This document shows positions 31,156-48,170 of a stretch of DNA of 64,000 bases, one piece after another. Source of the stretch: the human T2T-CHM13v2.0 reference genome, Homo sapiens; assembly GCF_009914755.1 (NCBI RefSeq), contig NC_060928.1. The stretch is one strand, 5' to 3'. The first letter of the stretch is position 1. Each line of letters begins with the position of its first letter. A program made the position numbers and the translations under genes. The notes below the pieces were generated by a model. That model was not told where the DNA came from. It searched no databases and was given only the letters and a program-made list of their open reading frames with translations.

Positions 31156-31594
31156 CTAAATTCAATATTGTAACCTACCAAATGGAATTTGAGTTTATTT
31201 CCATTTCTACTCGTAGTAATACTACCCTTTTTTATAAGTTTTGCTCTCAGAAACCAAACATAATTTATATTAAAGAATAAAGAAAAAAAAATTTTAAACC
31301 TGAACTCATGTCAAACTGTTTCATTTTCCTTATTATAAAAATATAAAAATTTAAAGGTTTAGGTTCTTCAATGAAATATCCACATTGATTTGTTAAGATG
31401 TAGTTATCTATGCCCTTGTAAAACGAAGCGAATTGGATGGATGTACCTCCAATTACCTAAATAGTTGACAGAAACACTCCTAGGAGTTCAGGGAGAAAGC
31501 CAGGGAGGATAGCTCAAATGAGGAAGGGAATGTATTAACACAAAACTGAGAAACACATTACACACAAGACTAAAGGTCAAAACTAGGCAAAACT

Positions 31595-31911
<317 letters not shown>

Positions 31912-34503
31912 TCATGCTCAAGATACAGTAATCTTAAGTGCTCAAAGTAAACTATCATTAACTTTTCAACAATGTTTGCACTTTGTGTCAGCACTCTCTC
32001 AACATCATATCTAACACAAACTTAAATAATCACATACCACAAAAGAATATAGTGTAACAATAAAGGAAAGATTTTATTCTATTGTGTCTTTAATCACTCT
32101 GTGAAATAGTAAAATAGAATACTGCCCTTCGGAAAGTTTTGGTTTCCCTTATTTTTGTGAACATATTCATCTAATATGTACCTGTAGCTTGTATAAATAT
32201 TACAGGTCAGTTAGTAAAGAACTGAATAAAGAGAAAGTAACTATTCATGGCATTCACAAAATATATAAATATCTTAAACTCCAAAAAATTAAGATAACCA
32301 TGCAAATCAATTATGTAATTACTATAAACACATTTTTAATTATTTGTAAATAATCAAAAAATCCTCTTGCTTTTATGTTTAGGCACATGAAATATTAATA
32401 TATTTGCAAGTACCTCTAAAAATCTGTATTTACAGTTTTTCAGGTAAAACATATCTCCAGACAATAATGATCCTTCCAGTGACTTCCAAACTGGCATCAA
32501 TTTACTCAAGATCTTTCACTAATCAATACAGAAAGCTTAATTTCCATAAAGGTGACAAAAAAGTTGCTCTAACTCTTTCCAGCTACAAGCTCTCAACAGA
32601 TGATCATCATTAAGTCTGTATCAGGGCTCCACATTTAGGAGCCATATAAATGTGTCCTATTAGTACACGGTCAGTCTGTTTGGCAACTCTAGTTCTTCAG
32701 ACATATGGCAATTGCTGCCCTTTGAGGTCTGAAGTCAAGTCTTTAGGGAATCTCAAAGCTTGCACTGAAATTACAAGGAGTGTTCATTAGAGACTTCTGG
32801 AGGGGAAACATGAAAGACTTCCATTAAAACTATATAAAACAGCTAATTATTTTTAAAAGATTTTTAAACCATCTAATGTTCTCAACTATAATAAAAAGTA
32901 TTTACCAACTGAATTATTTTTAGAAGCACTACTTCAGGACATGGGTGCAAACAGGTTTCTTCCTACCTCCTATCTCCCACCTCAATACATACATATTTAT
33001 TTTATAAGAATTATCAACTCAAGATTTCAATACTTTTAATTTAGAATTAAATTATCTCATACTTCTAAATTCTGTCTACAGACCACTATAAACATTTTCT
33101 AAACAAAGTTATTCTTAGAGACAAATGTTTGTTTTCTAATATTTAGCTTAGGATAATATATAGCCAACTTAAACCCAGCCAGAAATACATATGTGTTTCT
33201 TTTTAAATGTTTCTTTTTTATTCAAAAGTCTGCCTCTATTTTAATTTTTATTTTATTTTAAACTAATAATCATAAAAAATTTTAAGCATAAAATGATATA
33301 AAGTATTAGTCAATAAAGTGGCATTTATTAGATAATATTATGCAAAACAGGAAAACACATGAAGGTTTAATGTTTACTTTTTTTAATATACTTAAGTTGA
33401 TAAGGAGGAGTTCAAAGAAATCTCATATATTTACTGTCAGAATTTTGAAAAACATAAAAAGTATATTTTCTAATTAATGATTGCTTCCATTTTAACTTTT
33501 TGAATGTCTAGACACTTTTTAACTCGAGAGAAAATCATTATTTATTAAGTTTTGCAATAAAACAATCCTACTACTGAATATTTATTTCAGTAACAAATCT
33601 TTATAAACTTATATAAAATTCATTAGCTTGCCTCAATCATTTCTTGAATCCACATATATGTTGGTTTCTGACAGCGTAATTCCAAAAAGTAATTACAACC
33701 TCAATCCATTTGTAAAAAGACAACAGAAAACAAGTATGTTACACCAGTTTAAAAGAATAAAAATCTAAAGAAAACAGATTACAAATGATTTATATGAATG
33801 CCTAGTGGTGAAGTTAATTACAAGTAACCCAATAAAATAGTGCCTTTATTATTGTACAGCAAGTAAAAGCTCTAGATGTAAAAACCAGAACTCTTTCTGC
33901 TGACTTCTGCATGCTCAATCCCACAGCACACAACATTAAGAATTAAACATGTGGTAAATAAGCCATATAGAAAACAGCAGTTTTTAAGTAAAAGCAGAAA
34001 ACTTTCCTGCTGTTTAACCATTTGGGGCCTTCTACTCTGAATAACAACCACTGTAAACTGGCACTATGTATTCATGGAATAAGTTTTTATGGTTAATATG
34101 AAAATGAGATTTTAATTTCAGTGCTCAAAGTTTAACTCCAAATAAAACATAAATAACTGTAAAATAACACAGCATTCATTTTAGCATTCAGTAGGAGCAA
34201 ATAAGGTATCTTATGTTTATGCTATGAAATGGTGATATCTACAGAATTTAAATTTTCCAAACCTCATAATACATCTACCTATAAAGCTTTGGTCTCTGAA
34301 TTTAAACATATATTAGCAAAGACATATACACTTTATGTTACAGTAACTTCTTATGGTTGTCAAGAGTCACAACCTAAAGCCAGTCATAGTATGCTTAATG
34401 ACTTTCCTGGTGTACAGAAATAAGACCTTTCAATCCAGAACGACTCAGTAACTCTTATCAAATATTTATCAATGTTCTCAATGAGACAATAGCTGATACC
34501 AAC

Positions 34504-34587
34504 TATATATATATACATATATATACACGTATATATATATATATGTGTATATATATACGTGTGTGTGTGTATATATATATATGCATA
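34504..34587. repeat. Compound (TA)n/(TG)n microsatellite
   Basis: Alternating purine-pyrimidine tract read directly. Confidence 0.9.
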
Positions 34588-34597
34588 CCAAGTATAA

Positions 34598-35481
<884 letters not shown>

Positions 35482-35799
35482 TTTTAAACCATTGTTTGAT
35501 CTACAACATAACTGAAATAATAAATGATGAAATACTTGATAACTTGGTTTTGCCCCAGAAATAAAACAGGACTGATAAACAATCAACAGTGCATCTCTCT
35601 AGTGGTATTTTATTCCTATTAATTTCACCTCCATTAGAAATCAATACAATATTAATTTATTTTGCACCTTTTTTTCTGAGTCAAAATCATCACAAATCTG
35701 TCTCCTCAACCCTCCTACTTTAAAAGTAGGGACCTCTACCCTCCTTAAGTCCTCAACAGTGCCTAATTCAATTTTCCATACAACAAACATTTGAATACT

Positions 35800-36103
35800 T
35801 GTTTTTATTTTTTTAATTTTTTTGAGAACAGGGTCTTGTTCTGTCACTCACTGAAATGCAGCGGTGCTATCACAATTCACTGCAGCCTTGACCCCCCTGG
35901 GTTCAAGCGATCCTCCCATCTCAGCATCCCAGTAGCTAGGACTGCAGGTGCACACCATCGTGCCCAGCTAATTTTTGCATATTTTGTAGAAACAGGGTTT
36001 TACCATGTTGCCCAGGCTGGTCTCAAACTCCTGGACTCAAGCAATTCTCCCACCTCAGCCTCCCAAAGTGCTGGGATTTCAGGCGTGAGCCACTGCACCT
36101 GGT
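35800..36103 (-). mobile_element. AluJ-type SINE
   Basis: Reverse Alu body. Confidence 0.88.
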
Positions 36104-36195
36104 CTTGCTTGTTAAATAAATCATAACTTAACACTGTTACTGAAAGAGGGAGAAACACTTCATTAAGAATACTCAGAGACTTTCAAAGCATTACT

Positions 36196-36687
36196 GGATA
36201 TATTAGTTTCTTGTAGCTGCTGTAACAAATTGCCACAAACTTGGTGGCTTAAAGTACTATAAATTTGTTTTCTCATAATTCTAAAGGCCAGAAGTCTGAA
36301 ATCAGTTTTACTGAGCCAAAATAAAAGTATCAGTAGAGCCATTCTCCTTCTGGAGACTCCAGGGGAGACTCTGTTCCTTGCTTCTTCCAGCTTCTGGTGG
36401 CTGTCAGCATTCCTTGGCTTGTGGCCAAAGAAAACAGGGTCTCTCTGCTCCATTTTCACATTGCCTTGTCCTCCATTTCTCTGTCTGTAGCCTCCCACTA
36501 ACGATCTCTAATAATGATACATACGATAACATTTAGGGTGTACCCACATAATCCAAAATTATCTTTTCATCTCAAAATCTTTATCTTAATAAGATCTGGA
36601 AAGACATTTTTCCAAATAAACTAACATTCACAGGTTCCAGGGATTTGTCATGGCTATTTGTTGGGGAGCCATGTCTCAGTCAATCAC
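36196..36687 (-). mobile_element. MLT1 (MaLR) solo LTR, MLT1C/D-like
   Basis: tattagtttcttgtagctgctgtaacaaattgccacaaacttggtggcttaaa...attcacaggttccagggatt. Confidence 0.85.
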
Positions 36688-38118
36688 GCTGAAGAAACCA
36701 AATGAGAACAGAAAGAGCAAGCAGACGAAAAGTGAACCTTACCAGCAAGTGCAAATTCAAAATATGCAAAGGAAACAAAAACTTTTTTTTTTAAATTTAG
36801 TGCTGTGTGGCAAGAACTGGAAAAAAAAATTAAACAAATCAAGTCACCTTATGCTCCAAGTGTTGGTTCTAATAATGACTGCATTGTGACTGGTTTTGTT
36901 TTCAATGTCAGAAATTCAGCTTAATTTGTTAAGTATAAAGCCTATCAGGCTGCAATAAACTGAAAGGTGGGCAGCTGAGCTTCTTGTGACAAGCTGATAT
37001 CACACCGAGCAATCTAACTGCCTAATGCCAGAGTACTTAAGGCAGCAGTCCAGATTTGCTAAGGAGACTGGTTAAGCAACAGAAAGCTTCTTAAAAGTTC
37101 TCCCTCATTATTTTACTTTCTCACTGCCCCTAACCAACTTCTTTTTCCCTTTTTAACTTACAATACTAGCAAATAGAATCCTGTTCTCACGAATTAGTAG
37201 CACTTCACAAACAATTATAGGATAATAGCGTACCGTTCCAATGGATAGAAATACAAGACAAGTCTGAAAGATCAAGCAACTTTCTAAGTGCTCTCAAGTA
37301 AAGAAATAGGTAAGCTTTTCTGAGAAAAAGAAATAAAAAGAAACCAAAATTAAATTTAACTTCAATTTTGTAGTATCTGATACACTGCAACAAGAATAAA
37401 CTGACAAGCCAGCCAGCAAACAAGGCAGTACTGATGTTTCAATTAAATGCCTAATTATAATCTGAGCTTCTAAATGAAGAATTTACAGAAATAAATAATT
37501 ACTACCAAAAAGAATGCACTGTGTTGTATCCAGTATTCAGGACCTTGGTAAACAGTTTCACACTCACTATCTATAAAAGCCCACTGTGGAAGAGAAAGTG
37601 TCAGGAGAATGTGGGGAACAGATTTAGGGTCACACAGTTTGGGGTTTCTGGTTAACTACCTAGAAGATAGTGTGATATGCTTAACACATATGTCTCATAT
37701 ATGGATACTATTTGTAAGTCAGCATGGAAATAAGTATAAATGAAAATAAAACAGCTATTAAGAGGCCTTGAAAATAAGGCAGAGAAGTTTGAATTTGACA
37801 AAACAGTAAACAACTACAGCTTCTCCTGGAAAGAAAATATAAAGACACTCTACTAGGAAAGTAAATTTGTTAGTATGTACTCAGAGATAAAATCAGGAGA
37901 AAGGAAAAAGGGCATTTCACTAATTCAGGAATAAATTGGACCAGAATCTAATTCTTTTATCTCACTCTCTGCCCAAGTTTTATTAAGGTATAACTGAGAA
38001 AAAGAAATTGTATATATTTATATATCCAAGGTGATTTGATACGTGCATAAATTGTAAAATAATTAAATCAAGCTAATTAACATATCTATAGCCTCATATA
38101 CTTATCACTTTGTGGTGA

Positions 38119-38747
38119 TGCTGTAGGAGTTATTAAGAAATTATTTTAGGCAGATAGAGAGGAAAAGGGGTCCTCGGGAAGTTTTCATTTTTAAAGCTGC
38201 TTCAGAAACGTTTCTTGTAAAAGTCCTGGCTCTTTGAGCCTGATGGCAACCTTTGATATGCAAATTTAGGCCATTTGAAACTGGGTCCACCCAAACTTGG
38301 TGATTATCGCTGCCTTTTTGCCCTTGCCCCACATGATCCTGGCAACACAGCTGCCCCCACATATCCCCATGTGTGTAGAACATCATGGTGCCCTGTATTT
38401 GCATATTAAAAGGCTAGGGTGGGAGGCCCAGCCTTTTTGCCCTACGTGAATGACATGCCTGGTCAAACCAATCCCCTGAGCCCTATGCAAATCAGACACC
38501 ACCTCCTCCAGCCTCTACATATACCTGACTGGTATCCACTGCATTTGGGGTTCCCTCTCTTGGCTTTGGAGCCCCGCTCCCTCTGTCTCTGTACAGGGGA
38601 GCTCCTTCCTTCTTTCTTTCCCCTTTCTATCTTGCCTATTAAACTCTCTGCTCCTTAAAACCACTCCACGTGTGTCAGTGTCATTTTATCTAAACTGGCA
38701 TGAGGATCAAGAACCCTGGTGTTCCTCCACTCATCGGAGTCATATCA
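38119..38747 (+). mobile_element. ERV1 solo LTR, LTR9-family (LTR9B-like), inserted in an L1MA 3' end (~37975-38780, minus)
   Basis: TG...CA ends with a 4-bp TSD GTGA (38115-38118, 38748-38751). Begins tgctgtaggagttattaagaaattattttaggcagatag. Contains three octamers. Confidence 0.85.
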
Positions 38748-38839
38748 GTGAGAACATTTAAGATCTACACTCTTAGCCAGAATCTGATTCTTTACAGAGG
38801 GCTTTTGAAAATGATATTTCCTTTTATTTCTCCCCAATT

Positions 38840-39546
38840 TGTAACCACCCAATGGGCTCACCTTGCCCGCTGCCTAGACAGAGCCGATTTATCAAGACAG
38901 GGAAATTGCAATAGAGAAAAAATCGTTCATGCAGAACCTGCTGTGCGTGAGATAAGAGTTTTATTATCACTCAAATCAGTCTCCCCAAAACCTGGGGGTT
39001 TGTTTTTCAGGATAATTTGGTGGGGAGGAGGCCAGTTAGTCAGGAGTGCTGATTGTTTGGATTGGGGATGAAATCATAGGGAGTCAAAGTTGTCCTCTTA
39101 TGCTGAGTTAGTTCGGGGCGGGGGCGTGGGGACAGAACTGGTTGGCAAGTTCAGGTGGGGCCATCTGGTTGTCAGAAATGCAAAAACCCGAAAAGACATC
39201 TTAAAGGCCAATCATAGGTTCACAGTAGTGATGTTATTTTCGAGAGTATTTGGAGAAGTTGCAATCTTATGACCTCTGGAAAAATGTCTGGTAATATTTA
39301 GAATTCCAGCCCCTCTCATCCTAACTTGGTGGCTGGTGGCCTTTCATTCATTTTACAAGAACAGTCTAGCTTTTGGGAAGGGCTACTATTTAAACTATAA
39401 ATGAAATTCCTTGTCAAGGCTAGTTTGGCCTACGCCTAGGAATGAACAAGGACAGCTTGGAGGTTAAAAGCAAGATGGAGTTGGTTAGGTCTGATATATT
39501 TCAGTGTCATAATTTCCTTAGTTATAATTTTGCAAAGGAGGTTTCA
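38840..39546 (-). mobile_element. LTR8-family ERV1 solo LTR
   Basis: Minus strand starts TGAAACCTCCTTTGCAAAATTAT and ends GGGTGGTTACA. 4-bp TSD AATT at 38836-38839 and 39547-39550. Confidence 0.9.
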
Positions 39547-39969
39547 AATTCTACTAGGACTCAGGAATCATCATAATGAACAACTGTTAATGATAATAAT
39601 GTACTTGACCAGAAAAAAAAGGTGGATTATCACAGAACTAGATTAACTACTATAAAAGTATTTCTCAACTACGGTAAAACAGGAGGTACGTTGAAAGTAA
39701 CATAGTATAAACAAAAAGCACTAAAGTTGACAAAAGGGGCACTTAAAAACAATTAGAGTAGTAATACAAGTAACACGACATCAGTGTTACTTGTATTTTG
39801 GTACATTTTGTTTAGTATCCCAGAAAGGGCAGTCATTAATAGCTAGCACATAAAAACCACGGAATCATCTTTGGGAGCCTATTGAAAAAGTGAATGTTAT
39901 CCATTATCCTTGTCTACATGGAAATGAAGGCCAGAAATGGCTAATCTATGAGACCTCGTCTAGCTCCAC

Positions 39970-40789
<820 letters not shown>

Positions 40790-40847
40790 TTGGAAATACC
40801 GAATAAATGAAGAGGATTTTGAGTGCTGTTAAAAAATACTCAGATTC

Positions 40848-41131
40848 GGCCAGGTGTGGTGGCTGACGCCTCTAATCCCAGCACTTTGGGAGGCAAAGGT
40901 GAGCAAATCACCTGAAGTAGAGAGTTCAAGACCAGCCTGGCCAACATGGTGAAACCTTGTCTTTACAAAAATAAAAAAAAGTCGCCAGGCATGATGGTGG
41001 GTGCCTGTAATCCCAGCTACTGGGGAGGCTGAGGCGGGAAGATCACCGCGGAGGTTGCAGGGAGCCAAGATTGCGCCACTGCACTCCAGCGTGGGTGACA
41101 CAGACAGACTCCATCTCAAAAAAAAAAAAAA
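40848..41131 (+). mobile_element. AluS-type SINE
   Basis: Alu body. TSD-like aaaaatactcagattc / aaaacactgattc. Confidence 0.9.
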
Positions 41132-41409
41132 CACTGATTCAGAATTCAGTAACTTTAATTTACAACCTACTTTGCTCTGTAAACAGTACTGCATAGTTTT
41201 ACATGCACTGCCTAATAAGATCCTTTTTTAAAATTGTTTCGAGAAAGTAGTGTTAGAATTATATGTGGATCGTAAAAATGTAATTTTTAACACGAGATAT
41301 AGAAATATTAATTTAAACATTAAATTTATAACAAAGGATATGATACGTTTAATTTTGTTTAACACCTTTTACTAGTTAAAAACTTCCTAGCATCTTCTAT
41401 CTCAATACT

Positions 41410-42987
<1,578 letters not shown>

Positions 42988-43745
42988 TCAAAATCTATCA
43001 TCACAGTATTTTCCTGGCCTCAGCCTTTTCTTAAAAACCCACCTAAGGCATCTTTTTCCTTCTTCCTGTTATGACCCATGACAGAGACAAGAGCCACCTG
43101 TACATAGTTGACCTCAAACAGCTGAGGAATTCAGTACTAGAAAACCAAATAAATTGCATCAAGATTCTGATTCTTTTATTCAGGCCTAAATCAAAGTTCA
43201 AGCCTCAAATTTTGCTAAAACTGTATATATATTTCTGAATTTTCATATTATAAAATAACAGCTTGAATAAAAATAGGTGCCTGACTAAAAAATGTACAAT
43301 AGATGGAATGTTTGTGCAATTACTCAAATAATCATTCCCTCCTAAATTATACTATGTCCTATTATGTATGTCAAGGTATGTAAATTACTAAATAATAATT
43401 TTATCGCAGCACTAAGTTAAACACTGCAAATACCATAAACATACAGCAAGATTTAAATCTGGATCCTGAGAAGCTGGGATGCCTAATATGAACTCTGACT
43501 ATTCTGACTAAAATCCATTAAATTATATACTATTCATCAAAAACTATATAGTATGAGAATATAGCTAAAACTTCTAAAAGTTATCAGAGAGTTTGGTATT
43601 AAACAAAGGCAATCTCAAAATTTACACTTTTAACCTAGCCTCTCTGTAATTCCTTAACTTCAGTAGATTGATTAGAATAGGAAAAAAAAGTACTAAGTAA
43701 AAGCAAGCAATGATAGCTGAGAAACAGAGACACTGATCTGTATTC

Positions 43746-43787
43746 TTTTTTTTTATACTTCAAGTTCTAGGGTACATGTGCACAACA
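43746..43787 (-). mobile_element. Extremely short L1PA 3'-terminal fragment
   Basis: tttttttttatacttcaagttctagggtacatgtgcacaac is the reverse of the L1PA terminal sequence. Confidence 0.8.
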
Positions 43788-45640
43788 TCATTAAAACCAA
43801 AGAAAAATGTTATGCTCAGAATATTCCCATTTGTGTATTTCTCCCTTTTCCTAACTCTCTTCTTAATCCCAAATTTAAAAGACTAGTTGTAAAACAGTAG
43901 GGTGCCAAATTAAAACACATTTTATTTTCAGATGTCTCCACACTCACAGGCTGACTTCCTGTCAGGAAGAGTTCCATTTCATTGAATACCCCAATCAGCA
44001 GGGAACTTGCAGAATTAAGTGCCAGTTGATATTACTTTGTTTTGCATTTACCACCCTTGAGAATAATGTTCAAAGATCTAGTTATATAGTCAGCATGGTA
44101 TCATCCTTCTGACTAGACTGCCAAGCCACAGGGTGTACTGCCAGTTCCACAAAATTTACCTCAAAGGTTGTGTTTTCTAAATCCTAGTGTGCTGGTGAAT
44201 CCATAGGACGCCTGTATTTCAGGTCAAATCCTGAATCTAAAGTTAAATTATGTTTTTCTTTGGTTGTAACAGCACTTTTAAATCAATATTATGGAAACTC
44301 AAATAAAGATCAATTAATGCTCACCAACCCATCAACCTATTTTATTTTTGAAAAGAAAAAAAAAGTACTTTACTCCGATTTATTTTGTATTAATGTTTTT
44401 GCTATTGTTTCAAGACAAATGTTTCCACCTTATAATAGAAAGTTATCTGTTATAAAATTTTGAATCAATAAAGCATGTTTGCATATCAGCAATAAAGTAC
44501 AGTTATTGAGCTGATTTTAAATATTTTAAAATAGTTCATGCATCTAAGTTTTTCATGACCAATTTATATAGCTTGAATCTTCACCTAACCTCTCCAACTA
44601 CCATAGACTTCCTATCCAGTCCTCACAAGTCTATACTTCCTTCTTTTAAGGTCAACTGTTTTTACTGCGCACAAAATGAATTCTGAGCATTTCAGCAAAG
44701 AATACCTACTTTCTCGGGCTTTGTATATTATAAGAACAAAGCATTCACAGCAGCTCTAAAGCAAAACAATATGAGTGTATTAGAAGCCTACCCTATTGAT
44801 TCTCATTCCATCTGCAATCAAAAGGTCATAGGTAGTAACAATAACAAAGCTCAGGGACAATCAATTTATATCCACTAATTTTTTATAAGTACGTTCTAAG
44901 GATAAGTTACAAACACATCAAGAAGGAATTAAAAATTCCTTTTTGAAATTGAAATTAAAATGTACTGAAACCAACATTTTCCAAACTTATTTAACACTGT
45001 ATATTCTTTTCATGGAACAATTTCTTTTGAGACTGGGTCTGCTCATGTTGTTGCCCAGGCTGGTCTCAAACTCCTGGCCTCAGGCAATTCTATGCTTCAG
45101 CCCCAGTAGCGGGGATTACAGTTGCAAACCACCACACTGGGCAGAACACCTACTATTATTATCACAAGGTACTCACTGTGGAATTTGCTGTATTGAAAAA
45201 GTCAGATAGTGAGAGTTGATCAAACAAGCACATGGCTACCACAATTTCAACCAAGGAAAATTGTTAATGTCCGTTTAAAATTATTATCTTATATTACAAT
45301 TATTTGTCTCGCTCACTAATTGTCTCTTCTACTGCTTAAGGAATAATAGATGATAGTTTCCTTAAAGGAAGGGGCTTGTCTTAAAAGCATACGACACATG
45401 TTTGCTAAATAAATGAATAAATAATACCAGAAGCAGACATAAAGAAAAGGACTTGGGCAAGGCAGATATATTCACACAAAGCTCTGTAGAAGAGACAGCA
45501 TTTGAACTGAGCCTGATTGACCATAAAACTGAAAATTCTAAATGTACAGAATAATGGCCTCCTCAAACTGCTATACAAAACTTCGTATCATAGGATTTCC
45601 TTATAGGTGAAAGAAATGCATAATGAAGTTAAGAAGGCTT

Positions 45641-46024
<384 letters not shown>

Positions 46025-46396
46025 TTATTTCATTACCTCAATTATTTCTTTGAAATAAATACATAATTTTCCTAATACCGGATAGTAAGTTTTAGTTAAA
46101 AAAAAAAAAAAGGTTGAAGCGTACCCTAAACACAGCACACTATGAATAGCTAACCACTCCACTTAAAAGAAATAAATTTCTATTTATATTAAGTTCAGCA
46201 GTAAGTAAAACTAATCCACAGTAATAGAAATCAAATCACTGGCAACTTGAGGTGACAGAGGAGGGGATTGATTGAAAAGAGGCACAGGGAAATTTGAGGA
46301 TTAAAATGGTTGGGTATATGTCAAAATTCACTGAACAGTACACTTAAAATGTGTGGGTATTTACTGTATATAAATTATACCTCAATAAAGTTGACG

Positions 46397-47203
<807 letters not shown>

Positions 47204-47699
47204 TGAGGTGAATCTGATTAAGTCACAAGAAAATGAAAAACCAAAGGCCCTGCTCATAAATGAACATAACTACACTATTTGGTAATGATAAAATTAGTTG
47301 TCTTAATGAAAATGAAGATTTAATATAAAAACTAATTAATACAGGAAAGTATGGAGGTATTTCCTAATGAAAAAGACCAAAAGACAAAGTCCAAAATATG
47401 GTGACTTATGATCCATGTTACCATTGATTTATCAATTATACAAGTACATAAACATTTATATGGTTGAACAGTACTATACTGGACGCTGGGGATACAATAG
47501 AAAAAAAACACAGTGCTTGTCTTCAAGAAATTTGCAGTCTACATGGAAGAGAAAGGAAAACAACAGGCAACTTAAATATAGAATGAAATTAACTATGGGT
47601 GAGTGTTCTGCACAATACCTCATTTAGGCGTAGAGTTGTAGGGAAGAGAGGGTAAAGGAAATCTTTCCAAAAGAGATTGTAATTTATCTAGGAGCTAGC

Positions 47700-48170
47700 T
47701 AACTGATTCATTTTTTCCATAAATATTCACTAAGCCATAATGTGCTAGGTACCAGAAATACTTTAATGGACAAAGCAGAAATAGCTGTTACCTTCATAGC
47801 ATCTAGAAAACAAAGAGGAATACTAACAGTAAACAAGTAAACCAATTAGCATATTTATACTTACAATTTGTGGTAAATTCTATAATTGGTGCTAAGATTA
47901 AGACAAAAAGATACCAATTATAGATATGATCCTCGAAGAATGAGATAATTAAGCTGAGCTCTGAATGATAAGCAGCAGCTAACAAAAGTCACCAAGTTAG
48001 AAAGAGGGGCAGCTTAGGGAAAGAAAAAGCATGTACCAAGACACAGAAATATAATGGCATATTTGGGTATCTTTAAATAGTTCAGCATGGCTTGAGAATA
48101 AGTGGTAAGAAATGAGGTTCAGGCATTAAGAGAGACCTAAATGGTAAAGGACACCTTGTGCCATGTATGG
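47700..48170 (+). mobile_element. L2/MIR-age LINE remnant
   Basis: ttcatttttccataaatattcactaagccataatgtgctaggtacc... and a purine-rich L2-like body. Strand assignment is uncertain. Confidence 0.45.
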
